Positions 63,746-64,000 of a DNA stretch of 64,000 nucleotides are shown one piece after another. How positions within the stretch are numbered: the first letter of the stretch is position 1; each line of letters starts with the position of its first letter. This DNA is from Amoebidium appalachense. Taxonomy: Eukaryota; Protista; Ichthyosporea. The notes under the pieces are model-generated. The model searched no databases. It had not been told where the DNA came from and saw only the letters and a list, made by a program, of their open reading frames with translations. Both the position numbers and the translations under genes were made by a program. The stretch is taken from the NCBI GenBank assembly GCA_963693365.1, contig CAVNZM010000001.1, positions 7,518,907 to 7,582,906 on the forward strand. Reading direction: 5' to 3'.

Positions 63746-63953
63746 ATCCGTAATGCTGGCGATTAGCATGAATTGGGTATAAATTCTATATAAAAATAGA
63801 GCTTCTGCCATTTTCAAATGCTTGGTCGTTTTATCTTATGGTTTTCAGCCTTTGAACCGAACTTTCTGATACACATTCCTTTTCTTTTTTAGGTAGAGAG
63901 ATGATTTATGGGGTTTTTTATTTTTTTATTTTTTTTTCGTGTGGAGGGAAGGG

Positions 63954-63997
<44 letters not shown>

Positions 63998-64000
63998 CTT

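Overview
Eukaryotic, intron-dense genomic DNA saturated with C/G homopolymers and (CA)n, (GA)n and (GGCA)n microsatellites; most long ORFs in the supplied track are translations of these repeats. Six protein-coding genes were reconstructed by hand with consistent splice phases: SUMO (+, 4 exons), AMPK-alpha/SNF1 (-, 13 exons), a divergent second SUMO (-, 4 exons at the same positions), an intronless SPX-less Vtc4-like polyphosphate polymerase (-), FAM50/XAP5 (-, 10 exons) and TRAPPC11 (+, 30 exons; head-to-head with XAP5). Animal-like proteins together with a VTC gene, which animals lack, suggest a non-animal lineage such as a unicellular holozoan (inference only). Four non-coding signals stand out. 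(1) A dispersed, 5'-truncated repeat family always ends in a poly(C) tract, is always sense to the host or adjacent gene, and has a covarying RNA structure containing hammerhead core motifs in a non-canonical order; it resembles the 3' end of a microsatellite-targeting Penelope-like retroelement. (2) Many introns have poly(C) directly after degenerate donors and (CA)n running into the acceptor AG. (3) Two long intergenic palindromes, one of pre-miRNA size. (4) A pogo/Tc1-type MITE. Homopolymer lengths may be affected by sequencing or assembly error.
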